This document shows, piece after piece, positions 51,020 through 63,300 of a stretch of 64,000 nucleotides of DNA; position 1 is the first letter of the stretch; every line of letters begins with the position of its first letter. The stretch covers positions 10,083,351 through 10,147,350 of the forward strand of contig JBOZIK010000001.1 of assembly GCA_051453625.1 (NCBI GenBank), in the 5' to 3' direction. The position numbers and the translations under genes were made by a program. Under the pieces are notes generated by a model that searched no databases, was not told where the DNA came from, and worked only from the letters and a program-made list of their open reading frames with translations. Origin of the DNA: Welwitschia mirabilis. Its lineage: Eukaryota.

Positions 51020-54000
51020 ATGGACCCTAGGAGAGTTGTACTATCTCCCTCTAATGTGAGATCCTTCGTAACCACTATGAATCATCTAGTGGAAGGGCTC
51101 CAGAATAGGAGAGATGGTAGAAATGATGAGGAAGCAACATGAATTTTGATGGTGCACTTTTAGCAAACAAATCCCCCAGTCTTTAAAGGGTCAGATAATA
51201 TAGCTAAAGCTAAAACCTGGCTAATCTCTATTAATAAGGAGTTAGAGCTATTTAACTTCATGTCAGAATAGAGGGCCACTTTAGCTGTGCATTAGTTAAG
51301 AAAAAATATAGCTTTATGATGGAATAAGGAGAAGGAAAAGCCAAATTTTCCTGACTAGCTATCTTAGGAATCTTTAAAGAACAATTCCAAACTAGGTATA
51401 TATCTGAATATTACAAAGATGTCAAGGAGGAAGAATTTTACAACCTTAGACAAGGGTCGATATCAGTATCTCTTTACAAGAATAATTTTATGCAGCTATT
51501 GAGGTATGTAATAGAGATAGCCAACAGTGAAACAGTTAGGATATGAAGACTAGTGACTAGTTTACATCCTGTTATTTAGAGACATATTAGATTGTTTTAG
51601 TTGAGAACATTTGCAAAGGCCTTGGAAAAGACAAGGCTTTCTAAGGAATCCTGGACTAGTAGTAGAAGCTTTTGAGACATAGGGGAAAACTCCCAAGAAC
51701 AGAGGGGAACTTAACTTAGGAAAAGGTCCTTTTTCAGGAGTACAGGAATAGGTAAAGCTAGAGATCAGTATGAAGCTGCTAGGGTGAATAAAATGGAGGC
51801 CAAGAAACCCCAAGGAAGAGGAAAGGCACTGGTGGTACCATCATCTTCTGCTACATGAACAAAGTCATAGGACACTATGACTACTACATGTTATAATTGC
51901 AAAGAACGTCATTTGATTAGGAACTGCCCCAAGAATAGAAGAGAGCAACAGGGTACAATAGATGTCAAGAAACTATATGCATGCATATCTAGGAAAGATG
52001 TTCAACCATTAGTAATCTTGGAAACTATAGGTATTATATTTAATGTTCTAATAAAATTTTATTAAACCCTAGAGCAACAAATTCCTTTATATCTCTTGAG
52101 ATGTCTCAAAGTTTGTTTATTATAGTGCATATCAAAAACAAAGTGGTAGTGGAACTTCCAGATGGTAGTACAATTAGGGTCTTGATAAAACCTCCATTAT
52201 TGATGTTATAATTAGATCTCATATTTTCTAGGCATAATTTTTAATTTTGGAACTGGGTCATTTTGATGTCATCTTAGACATGAATTAGCTTCAAGAAAAT
52301 AAAGCTAAATAGATTATTTTTCTAGATAGGTCATAGTGATAGGAATAAATGGTGAGAAATTCTAGTTACCCATCACCTCTAGCCCTCCTGTAGGAAGATT
52401 GATAAGCAAGAAGCAGATGATGAGATAAGTACACAGACGAGGAACTTTTGGGATAGTTAAGTTTTTATCTTCTCTTCAATCTTAGTCAAAAGTTTTAAAT
52501 ATACTAATAGTAAAGGAATATGTTGATCTATTTCTTGAAGATTTATCAGGTTGCCCTCCAAATGGAAATGGGGAATTCCAGATAACTCTTAATCCTAATT
52601 CAAAAGCAATCTCAAAGGCAATCTACAGGATGTCTCCTATTAAGCTAGCTAAGTTGAAGACTTAGATGACTAAACTTTTGAATAAAGAATTAATTATGCC
52701 AAGCATATCATCGTGGGGTGCACAGTACTATTTGTTAAAAAAAGGATGGAAGTTTGAGGCTGTGTGTGGACTACAGGATGTTGAATAAGGTCGTAATAAG
52801 AAATAGCTATTCCTTGACTTGGATAGAGGATTTATTTAATCAATCAAAGTAAGCTAGAATCTTCTCCTAGGTTAATCTTCAGTCTGGATATCACCAACTT
52901 AGGATCAAGGAAGAATATGTCTTTAAAAAGCCTTCTAAACTAGGTATGAACATTATGAGTTTCGAGTAGTTCTGTTTAGCCTTACTAATACACCTGTAGC
53001 ATTCATGGTAGTGATGAATGATATTTTTAGATCCTACTTGGATGACTTTATTGTGGTTTCCATTGATGATGTTTTAGTGTATTCTTCAAATAAAGAGGTA
53101 CATGAGAAGCATTTGAGGATAGTGTTGAATCACTTTTATGCAAATCCTAATAAGTGTGAGTTNNNNNNNNNNNNNNNNNNNNNNNNNNNNNNNNNNNNNN
53201 NNNNNNNNNNNNNNNNNNNNNNNNNNNNNNNNNNNNNNNNNNNNNNNNNNNNNNNNNNNNNNNNNNNNNNNNNNNNNNNNNNNNNNNNNNNNNNNNNNNN
53301 NNNNNNNNNNNNNNNNNNNNNNNNNNNNNNNNNNNNNNNNNNNNNNNNNNNNNNNNNNNNNNNNNNNNNNNNNNNNNNNNNNNNNNNNNNNNNNNNNNNN
53401 NNNNNNNNNNNNNNNNNNNNNNNNNNNNNNNNNNNNNNNNNNNNNNNNNNNNNNNNNNNNNNNNNNNNNNNNNNNNNNNNNNNNNNNNNNNNNNNNNNNN
53501 NNNNNNNNNNNNNNNNNNNNNNNNNNNNNNNNNNNNNNNNNNNNNNNNNNNNNNNNNNNNNNNNNNNNNNNNNNNNNNNNNNNNNNNNNNNNNNNNNNNN
53601 NNNNNNNNNNNNNNNNNNNNNNNNNNNNNNNNNNNNNNNNNNNNNNNNNNNNNNNNNNNNNNNNNNNNNNNNNNNNNNNNNNNNNNNNNNNNNNNNNNNN
53701 NNNNNNNNNNNNNNNNNNNNNNNNNNNNNNNNNNNNNNNNNNNNNNNNNNNNNNNNNNNNNNNNNNNNNNNNNNNNNNACTATAGAAGATTTATAAAGAA
53801 TCTCTTTAAGGTAGCTTCCTTCTTAACTTCACTGCTATGGAAGAATAATTAATTTGAATGGACTGAATAATGTGATGAAGACTTTCAAACATTAAAGATA
53901 ATCGTTGTCTCAGCATCAGTTTTGAGGATGCCAAAAAATAGGGAAGCCCTACACAGTGTACATAGATGTCGCATGTGATGGCTTAAGAGCGATTTGAATG

Positions 54001-55900
54001 CAAGATGGTAAAGTGATAGCTTATGCATCTAGGCAGTTAAAGAATCATAAAAAGAATTATCTTGTTCATGACTTAGAGCTAGCAATGATTATTCATGTGT
54101 TGAAAATTTGGAGGCATTATCTCTATGGTGAACAGATAGAAATTTGGATGGATTAAAAGAGTTTAGAGTCTATCCATACGCAACCAAATCTAAATCTTAG
54201 GCAAAGGTGTTAGGTATAATTCCTACAAGATTATGAACTTATGATAAATTATCATGTAGGAAAAGCAAATGTAATGGCTAATTCCTTAAGCAAAAGAAGG
54301 CATACTCTCTATAATTTGATAGCAGATAATAAACTACATAACATGATTCTAGAAGCATAATAGAATTTCCCTCTATGCAAAAGAGTTAGAGAAGTTAGGT
54401 TGAAATTATTTACCATTTCAAAAGGTGAATTGATATGATATCTAGAAAAGAATGTGGTCCCTAATGTGACAAGAATTAAAAATCTAATTTTTGAAGAATT
54501 TCATGCAAATAAATATGCTATTCATCTAGGAACTAGTAATATGTACATGGATATTAAGTATTTTTATTGTTAGCCAATAATGAAATTGGAGATAGTTGAT
54601 TATGTAACTAAGTGTATGACTTGTTAGTTAGTCATGGCTAAGAATAGACACCTAGCAGGACTTCTTTATCCTCATAAGGTTCTAGAGTGGAAATGGAAAA
54701 ACCATAGGCATGGACTTTATTATAGGTTTGCCTAAGACCAAAGAAGGATATGATTCTATTTTTGTCATTGTGAATCTTTTAATGAATAGTGCACATTTCT
54801 ATCTAGTGAAGACAACAAATATGACTGAGTGAATTACAAGGAAGTATGTCAAAAATATTACTAAATTGCATGGAATTCCTAAGGTAATAATTTCAGATAT
54901 AGATAGTAAATTCACATCCAGATTTTAGACCATCTTTGATAAGGAATTAAATATGGAGCTAAATTTGAGTACATCTTTCCATCCTCAAACCGATGGGTAG
55001 ACTGAAAGAATGAATCAAATATTAGAGGAATTGTTAAGAATGATTACTCTAAACTTCGAAGAGTCATGGATAGATCATTTGCCATTAGTGGAGTTTACTT
55101 ATTATAATAGTTAACAAGAATCTATTGGATATGCACCATTTGAAGCCCTATATGGAAGGGTATATAGGACCCCATCTTCTCAGTTTGATGCAGTAGACAA
55201 AAGGCTATTGCAAGTTCCATCCACTCAACATTTAGAAGAAAGAATTGGACAAATCAAAAAAAAAACTTCAAGTAGTGAAAAATAGGTACGTGAGGTATGT
55301 GAATCAATATAGAATGCAACTATAATTTCAAGAAGGCAATCANNNNNNNNNNNNNNNNNNNNNNNNNNNNNNNNNNNNNNNNNNNNNNNNNNNNNNNNNN
55401 NNNNNNNNNNNNNNNNNNNNNNNNNNNNNNNNNNNNNNNNNNTACGTGAAGTATGTGAAGCAATATAGAAGGCAACTATAATTTCAAGAAGGCAATCATG
55501 TATTCCTCAAATGTTCCCCTTCAAAGGAGTGTTTAGGTTTGATAAGAAATAAAAATTAGCTCTAAGATTTATTGGACCTTATCAGGTAATTAGAAGAGTT
55601 GGGCCTATGACTTATGGGTTAGTCTTACCACCTCATTTATCCATGTTACATAATGTCTTCCATGTATTATTGTTGCAGAAATGTATCTCGGATGAGATGA
55701 AGATCATTCTAGATTAAGATATTACCATCCTTCTTGATTGTTCTATAGAATCTTAACCAGTGAAATTACTCGACCAAAAGGAGATGACACTTTAGGGAAA
55801 AATAGATAAGTTACATAAAGTCAAGTGATCAGACCAGATAGAAGATGAAGCGATATGGGAGATGAAGGATGATATCTTATAGTGGAAACCTAAGTTACTA
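51020..55900 (+). pseudogene. gag-pol of the chromovirus element (many stops/frameshifts, two N gaps)
   Basis: NPPVFKGS (gag); CYNCKERHLIRNCPK (Zn knuckle, ~51890); LNPRATNSFIS (protease, ~52062); [24 protein letters not shown] and VSIDDVLVYS (RT); [10 protein letters not shown] and HDLELA (RH); HPQTDG*TERMNQ and RFIGPY (INT); chromodomain-like LLDQKEMTL...EAIWE (~55765-55860). Confidence 0.92.
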
Positions 55901-55925
55901 GCATGTTTTCAAAAAGAAACCTCTT

Positions 55926-55937
55926 AAGGGGAAGAGA
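55926..55937 (+). promoter_or_regulatory. Polypurine tract
   Basis: aaggggaagaga immediately before the 3' LTR. Confidence 0.85.
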
Positions 55938-55939
55938 TT

Positions 55940-58900
55940 TATCATGTTCAGAGTTTTGCTAAGTTTAGAAAACCTTCTTAGTTACTTTGATAAATAATTA
56001 TATATTAGAAATTACTAATAATAAATAACTCTAGTTTCTAGTTGATAAAAAAATAATAGAATCTGTAATAAAAGTAATAGTAGAACTAAAGTATTTACAT
56101 GATAATATCTTAGAATTTATCGAAAGAATAACTTGGAGTTATTATTTTATTAGATAGATTAAAGTTTTAGTTCATTATGGAGTTTGCTACTAATTATACA
56201 TGATTTTCTATTTGATACAGTTGAACACCAGATTTCTTGATGTATTTTAGATTTTTGAAACTGTAGCTTGACATTAATTCTCTTAACTTTATCTTATTCA
56301 TACAATAGAAATTGTATGTGATTTTAAGTATTAGCTCCTATTATTTGTCTCATGTAGTTAAAATGATTTATTAGATATTGTTATATTATTATTCACACCC
56401 AGTGGCCAGACTTGGAAAGAAAGGATTAAAGAAGCCTTAACTACTTGTAGAAATCTAAACCTTACCATTAGCCTTACTATTAATTCTCTATTATAAATGC
56501 CTAAGTACCTCTAGGTATTAGAGTTATATGTTGTGACTTGATCGTGTGGAGCTTGGTTATAAACTAGGAGTATATTGGATTTTGTTAAGAACATGTGTCA
56601 TCCTTACCCCTCTTTATAAATACTTGTATGAATTGTTCTTGAATTTCCTTCTTTTGTAATTGTATCTCATAAATTTAAATGAATGCAATATTCTTATGAT
56701 TGTCATCTGTGTGCTAATTTTTTGTAAAACCTTATAGTATTTTAATGATATCTTGTGAGAGTCTTCTATGAGTTTATAGAGTTAACGTTTCGTGTAAACC
56801 CTAAGCTATCTTATTGTTAAGTGTTTGTACTTAGTCTTGTTGTCTAGCCTTTGTAACCCATGCCTGTGATCATCTTGTTTGACCATTGACGTTGTTGTTA
56901 AACTATGAAAACTAATTCCATCCAAGGCAACCAGTTATCTAAACCTCAGAGAGTGGTACCCTTTGTTGTGAGTCCTAAGGTAACTGGACCGAACCTTTAG
57001 GATGAAAGAGAAAGATGCATACACAATTATGATAATCTTACCCCCTCCTGGTTGTGTGCAATTGGCTTACTTGTATATGGTGAGACGACACTAAAGAAGA
57101 TAATTCTAAGGGATGAGTGGTCATGTTCATGTCATTTACCCTATTCTTGGGAGCCTTCCCTAACCTATTACTTATCATGGGCTACACTAGAAACTATAAT
57201 GGAATTTAGTTTTCATACCATCTATGCTTATGTAGAGACCAATGAAAGTGAGAATGCATGAAAGAGCTAGTGGTTGTAGAGACACTTGGGTGTCATTCAT
57301 ATGTTTGCTTCTGTGATTATGTGGATGTTATGTGGTCAATTATTGCTTTATTTATTTTATCATGCTTTAGTAATTATTTCTAGCAGAAAACTCTCTATGA
57401 AGATCTGGGTTAGCAAGTTGCTTGATATAATGTAGACCTTTGTCATACCTTAGTTATGTTAAGCACAAGTGAATGTTCTATTATTTTCTTGGAAATTGCA
57501 AAATGTGTATTTTATCTTCCTCTCTCTCTCTTGCAAGAGCTATTATTTTCTTGAAATTATATATATGTACTTCTTAAAGTTATCATGTATCTTTGTTTGG
57601 ACATAACTAGTTATTTTCAATTGTTGTCAGATTATAAGCATACCTTAACTACTGTCATTTATATGTTATTGTCAAAATGATCTATAGAATAAACAGTTAA
57701 CTAGTTGATAAGTAATAGGTCTAAAGGTTGAATCCCCTTAGTCATTAATTCTTGAATCATTTTTTTTCTTTTTTTTAAATACGAACAGATGATAAACGTG
57801 TGTTAGTAAATGAATTTTTTTTTATTGGGGACCTTGGTTTATTAAGGGTTTGGCACCCCCCTTTCCTGCGCCCCAATGGTCAACACGCTCCTTCTCCCTC
57901 ATGCGTTGCAGGGTGCCTTTATCCCTTCACTGAAGCTTTTCTTTTATCGCTTTCACTCTCCACAGTGCCTGTCCCTGGTCATTGCATGTTACCTTGCCTG
58001 CGCCTTTGCTGTGCCTGGCACCTATGAGTCGTACCCTTGTCCATTTGCTGCCTGCTTGCGTCCTTCACTACTGTCCCTCTTACGCGTATTCGTGCCCTTC
58101 CTTGCTCTGCCGTGTTGCAACCCTCCCCACGCTGATCTCCATCCCACGCCTTTGCTTCACCGCCCGTGCTCATGCCCTGCTCCGTCCTAGCGTCTTCTGC
58201 CACTCTCATGACCCTGCGCTCTTCTCCCTCTGCCCCATCGCACTTCTCCTCGCCGTAGGCCTCTTCCCCCACTGGCACATACTTTTCCCACCACTTGCAC
58301 ACTACCTCTCATGCAATCCATCGTTGCCACCCTGCACCTTCCGCGCTTCACCCTCTGTCCACTCGGGCCTACCCATCTCTGCCTCACAGGCCACCCAGTA
58401 AGCTATTGAATAACTGTCGTCAAATACTAAGGCATACTTTAAGAAGAATGGTTAAGCGCATGCCTAATTTCTCTCCTCGTTGATATATATATATATTGAA
58501 ATACTGAAAAGAAGTATTTAAAGGTTTGTAACTAAAAATATTTTCATTTTGAGATTGCTTTCTCTATAAGAACTGAAAAAGTATATGTTCCTAAATGATT
58601 TATTAGGGTTAAAGATCGTAGAAAATTCATAATGAAAGTGTTAAAAGATAACTTGTTCTAAATAAGACTTATGAGTTGGACAAACTAGCAATATGTATAA
58701 GTGGATAAATAAATGTGGAATATGATAAAGGAGGATCTTCAAATTTAGTACTATATATGCATTAACAACTCCTATGTAGCCTTAGAAAGATTGAAGAATG
58801 GATTTCATTCTTGGATTATGTTGCTTAAAAAGAAGTAATTACCACATACTAGTTATGATAAATAGACTAGCAAAATATCATACTTTATTTCTTTTAGTGA

Positions 58901-59043
58901 GACTAGTGATTCGTATGCAGTAAATCATTTGTCTAAATTTATTTTTCCATCATGGTTTATATTACATTAACGACCTAATACCATTACATTTTATCTAATA
59001 ATCTCTTGTTGACTTGTTGAACATTTAAAACTCAACCCTTGCA
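55940..59043 (+). repeat. 3' LTR
   Basis: Runs from tatcatgttcagagttttgc to caacccttgCA; homologous to 47914-50921. Confidence 0.92.
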
Positions 59044-59193
59044 AAAATGTAGGATGCATTTTCCTTTGTTCTCTAAATAGATCTTAAACTCTACCTCTTT
59101 AGAAATGGACTTTGTCAGTAACACTCTATTGAAAATTCTAGTCCTCACATTTGTGAAACTCTCTATCCTATTTAGAAACTCCACAATTTATTC
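59044..59193 (-). pseudogene. ftsH: FtsH AAA fragment, 5' part (internally deleted)
   Basis: IVEFLNRIESFTNVRTRIFNRVLLTKSISKEV..RV*DLFR..KENASYI versus [24 protein letters not shown][..]AKAIAGEAGV[..]RVRDLFKKAKENAPCI. Confidence 0.8.
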
Positions 59194-60379
59194 ACTTGAA
59201 AAAGACAATGATGGGCATTGAATTCTCTATCTATGATAAAAATTTAATTTTTGGGCATTACTAGAGTCATTAAAAATCAAGAATTTTAGAGAAGAGGCCA
59301 TAGGCTGATGATTAAAGGCTGCAGAAGCAGGGGTATTCATATGATAGTCATCAAGAAGGCAACATTTAAAGTTTTGATGAGTTTTCAATTTCACCCACTA
59401 AAAATATTAGTTACTTTATAATCCCTGCAACTCTTCTTTAGCATTACATGTAATTGAACAATTGTGTATCAAACTTCCCTTGTAAATTTCATAGAATCTT
59501 TTAGGTCTTTAATATAAGATGCAGTGAGCCCTACTGTCACAAGTTTCTTTCTCTTGTGCTACAACTACTTAATGTCCATTACATCATTCTTATGCAAAAC
59601 TGTCATCCAAGGTAAAATGTTATTTGCATCCTACTAGAAGAAGCATTTCTTTTAATAAAAGTTTTCTCGTTACTTCTTTTAGAATTAGAAAATGAAAGAG
59701 GAAAAATTTAGGAATGAAAGAGGAAAAAGTTAGGGAGTATCAAATTCTAACAAGATCAATTAGATTGGTTGAGCTACCACTATTTTCTCTTCTAGCTATT
59801 CTTTTTCCTAGAACTTTACTTTCACATTAGATCTTTGAATTTAGATAAGCATGATGATGCACAAGCATCATATTGTATAGTGTTTACCATAATCCAAGAA
59901 AATAACTAACTACAAACTTTAGATTATTCTTGCTGAATGATGTTCATTCTATAGAAAATTAACAAAGGGCTATGATGGATGTAGAGAAATTAAAAGAAAA
60001 ATAGAGAGGAGAAAGAAAGAAAAGAGTGAAAAAATATAAAGTATTCAAAGGAGGTTTTGGTCCTTTTTCAGTGGTAAGTAGTGTTGGAGTGGGCCTCTAA
60101 TAGCAAGGGGTTACATCCCTAAGTGTGAAAAAAGCTCCCACCTTCAGTCTTTAGGAGTCCTCAAGAAGAAGTAGTGTCAAGTTTGTCAAATAAGAATATG
60201 ATACTTCATGAATTCTTATGATAAGTGTTACTTATTGATAGCTTTTGGGTTAAGGTCTCAAGATTTAAGGCTAGTCTCTATTTTTAAGTAATAACCATGC
60301 ACCAAGATCATCTTTTATTATATAGGTATTAACCCTAAGCACAGGGATTTAAGCATTGGGATCAAAACCTAAATAAGAA

Positions 60380-63300
60380 AGAAGGAACTATGAAGTGAAA
60401 ATATCAATATATCATTGTAAGCTTGTATTTCGTGACATTACTATTTTTGGTCTTAACATTACTATCTCTGCTTCTAATAGTTCCTTTTAATTTAGCTAGC
60501 AGCAAACAATTCCATGTATCATAGGACATTGTTAGAGAATAAAGAATTGATACTTTGGAAGATTATAGTTATATCTCACCTTCATTCTAAAAGGGTAAGC
60601 AACTAACAAAGGTAATTTTGAAGATAATAGATAAGGGTGTGTGGAGAGTGGTATTGTCTTAGTATGTTGGTGGATAAGAAGTGAATTAATGGTATGATTA
60701 TATTAACATTTAAGAATTACATTAGGAATCCCTTTAAGTTATATGCATCTTATTCCATGAAAAAATTCTTATTTTAATCTAAATAATGAGCTCTATGTAG
60801 CTTTCGTTGTTTTCCAATAACTCTTTCATACTCACGAAATCTTTACAATAAAGATCTGCTATAATAGTAAACTCTTTATCCAATATATGCTATTTGTACA
60901 ATCATCTTAGGTTTGTGAAGATTATACCTACATTCTCCCAATAGTAATATTTTTCAAATCCTCTTTCACTTTATATATATTATCATATGCAAATAAAATC
61001 ATTTGGTATTATTGTCATTGTAAAGGTCATTATTTATATAGATGTCCAATAAAATTAAAAGATAAGTATTAAACTAATAATGCCAAGAGGCATAGTAGAT
61101 TGGTATATCATTTGTGTAGAATAGACCAAGAAAAGTTTGGGTTCCTAAAGCTAAATTAGACCTCAGAGCAGAGAGTAAGCATGCTTATCACTTATGCAAT
61201 CAATTAAGGCATAACTATTATGTCACAACATAATGCAACAAAGATTAAATTTTCAAAAAGCATGTAAATTTTCAAGGCACTGAAAGATACATCAATTTAT
61301 GTAAGAACTTACAGATCACACTTTGCCCAATCAGGTAAGTTAATAGGTAACATCCTTAACATCTCAACTCCATTACACTTATCTTATGAGTTGAGATTAT
61401 GATTAGATGTAGTTTGTAAAGTTGAAAGTTAAACTATGTGTGTGATCTTTAGCTGCTTGAAGTATTATTGTTATGATTATAATAATCATAGATTCTGTTT
61501 GAAAATCTGCAAAATTTTCTTATAAACATCTCTGGTAAAGATGTTTTGAAATTTGTAGAAATCTTGGAATTAAACATCTTAATTTTTGGAAATGTCTTGA
61601 AAGGGCAAATACATCATTTTAAGTTATTAAATTAGATGTCTTAGTCTTTGTAGATGTCTTAACTGTACTATTATGGAAATGAAAAACACACAAAAATTAG
61701 GGTTTTGACAATTTTTATTAGATAAATGGATCATCAAATCTCATTTTTAAATCTCCTCTTAACATGTGTTGCTCTTAGGTGATTTTCTAGACTTCATTTT
61801 TCTCAGATTTCCATGACTAGATGTCTTGGATTTGTGAGACATCTTAATAGAAAGTAAGAACAAGGGATTTTTCTTAAATAGATGCATATTTTTCATAATT
61901 TCTTATATTTTATTTGATCTTTGGTTAGTTTCTAGCTCTATTTCATAAACATGATAAGAATAAAGATAACAAGATCTTCCAGAGGCAAAGAATAAGCCAC
62001 AGAACAAACCAAATCTTAGTACGAACCTTAGTTTTATTATGAGGCAATAGAAAGAAGATTAGTTTTATTATGAGGCAATAGAAAGAAGATTTAAGACACA
62101 ATCAAGAAACTCCACTATTATAGAGAGAACCCTTGGTTTTTAGAAGAGACACAGAGATTAGATCATGAGCTATATTACTCAGCTTGATTGAGAAAGATAT
62201 ACTTATTCAACTAGTTTAGTCTATTCTTGACCCAATAATAAAAGAATTCTATGCAAATATTTATGAAATTAATGAAAACACTGGTGAATTTCAGACATAG
62301 ATCAGAGGTACAAATTTGCATATTGTTCTAAGTTTTATTAATTCTTTACTTAGTATAGATGATACCAATGTCCCTTTGTTTTATAGTGATTCATTTAGAG
62401 AGATTTTTAGTTTTAGAATTGTCAATGTGTCTCAGCGTCAAATGAGGAATGTTTTATTTGGACACAGTAGAATAATATTTGTTAAGAAGATTGGAAAGTA
62501 TATGATGATTGATGTCTCTTTTCTAAGTTTAGTAACATTTTACACCATTTTAGTTAGATAAGGTAGTTACAGCTATTACAAACCCATGCAAGCTTTCATT
62601 GTATACCAATTACTCACAGGGTTTTAGATAGATTTAGGATTTGTATTATGCATGGATATTATCTTATTATTCTATAAATAGTAGACTTTGGGATATCCTT
62701 ATCTTATCAATTTAATTATTAGTAATGTAGACATTTCAGTGTCATAAATTAACTTCATCCATTAGAAGAAACGATTGGTAGAATTTAGTGAGAAATAGAA
62801 AGCACCTATGACACTAGGCGAAGGCATAAGCAGAAGNNNNNNNNNNNNNNNNNNNNNNNNNNNNNNNNNNNNNNNNNNNNNNNNNNNNNNNNNNNNNNNN
62901 NNNNNNNNNNNNNNNNNNNNNNNNNNNNNNNNNNNNAAGGACACTACAAATGCAAAGATCATTTTCAACTACTACACATAGATCTTCCTTAGTGAAAAAT
63001 GAACTGAAGGCTATTACCAAAATGATTGAGAGGATTGAAAGAAACATTCTAAGGCTAAAGAAACATAGATCTACAATAAGTGAAGGAGAGGCACCGATAG
63101 AGAGTTGGGAATCCATGAGGATTACTACATGGTCATATTTAGAGGAGGAATAAGAAGAGGAGGAGCCAGAATCATTATCTCCATTTGGCATGGAATATGA
63201 CTTAGGCAGAATAACACATAGTGAGTCTTTAGAGGATTTTTTTTGGAGATAAGGCATAGGTGCAATGGGAGTACCAGACTCCTATAGAGGAACATGTGTA

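Larger units (their letters stand above)
47914..59043 (+). mobile_element. Full-length decayed chromovirus (Tekay/Del-like) Ty3/Gypsy retrotransposon
   Basis: Two ~3 kb LTRs with TG...CA outer termini, PBS, PPT and gag-PR-RT-RH-INT-chromodomain order. TSD is ATAAT (47909-47913) / AAAAT (59044-59048), and the interrupted FtsH frame rejoins across it. Confidence 0.95.

Noticed and set aside
55287-55498. ~56-bp repeat on both sides of the 100-N gap
   Set aside because: Most likely an unmerged contig overlap, not a biological duplication.
57800-58483. Cluster of overlapping ORFs in the GC-rich LTR block (also 49744-50242)
   Set aside because: By-product of high GC; frames are not conserved between the LTR copies and show no motifs.
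62028-62089. Perfect 31-bp tandem duplication (also short tandem pairs at ~12748-12785 and ~59692-59735, and a diverged ~135-bp pair at 40175-40415)
   Set aside because: Two copies with no spacers; ordinary slippage duplications, not CRISPR-like.
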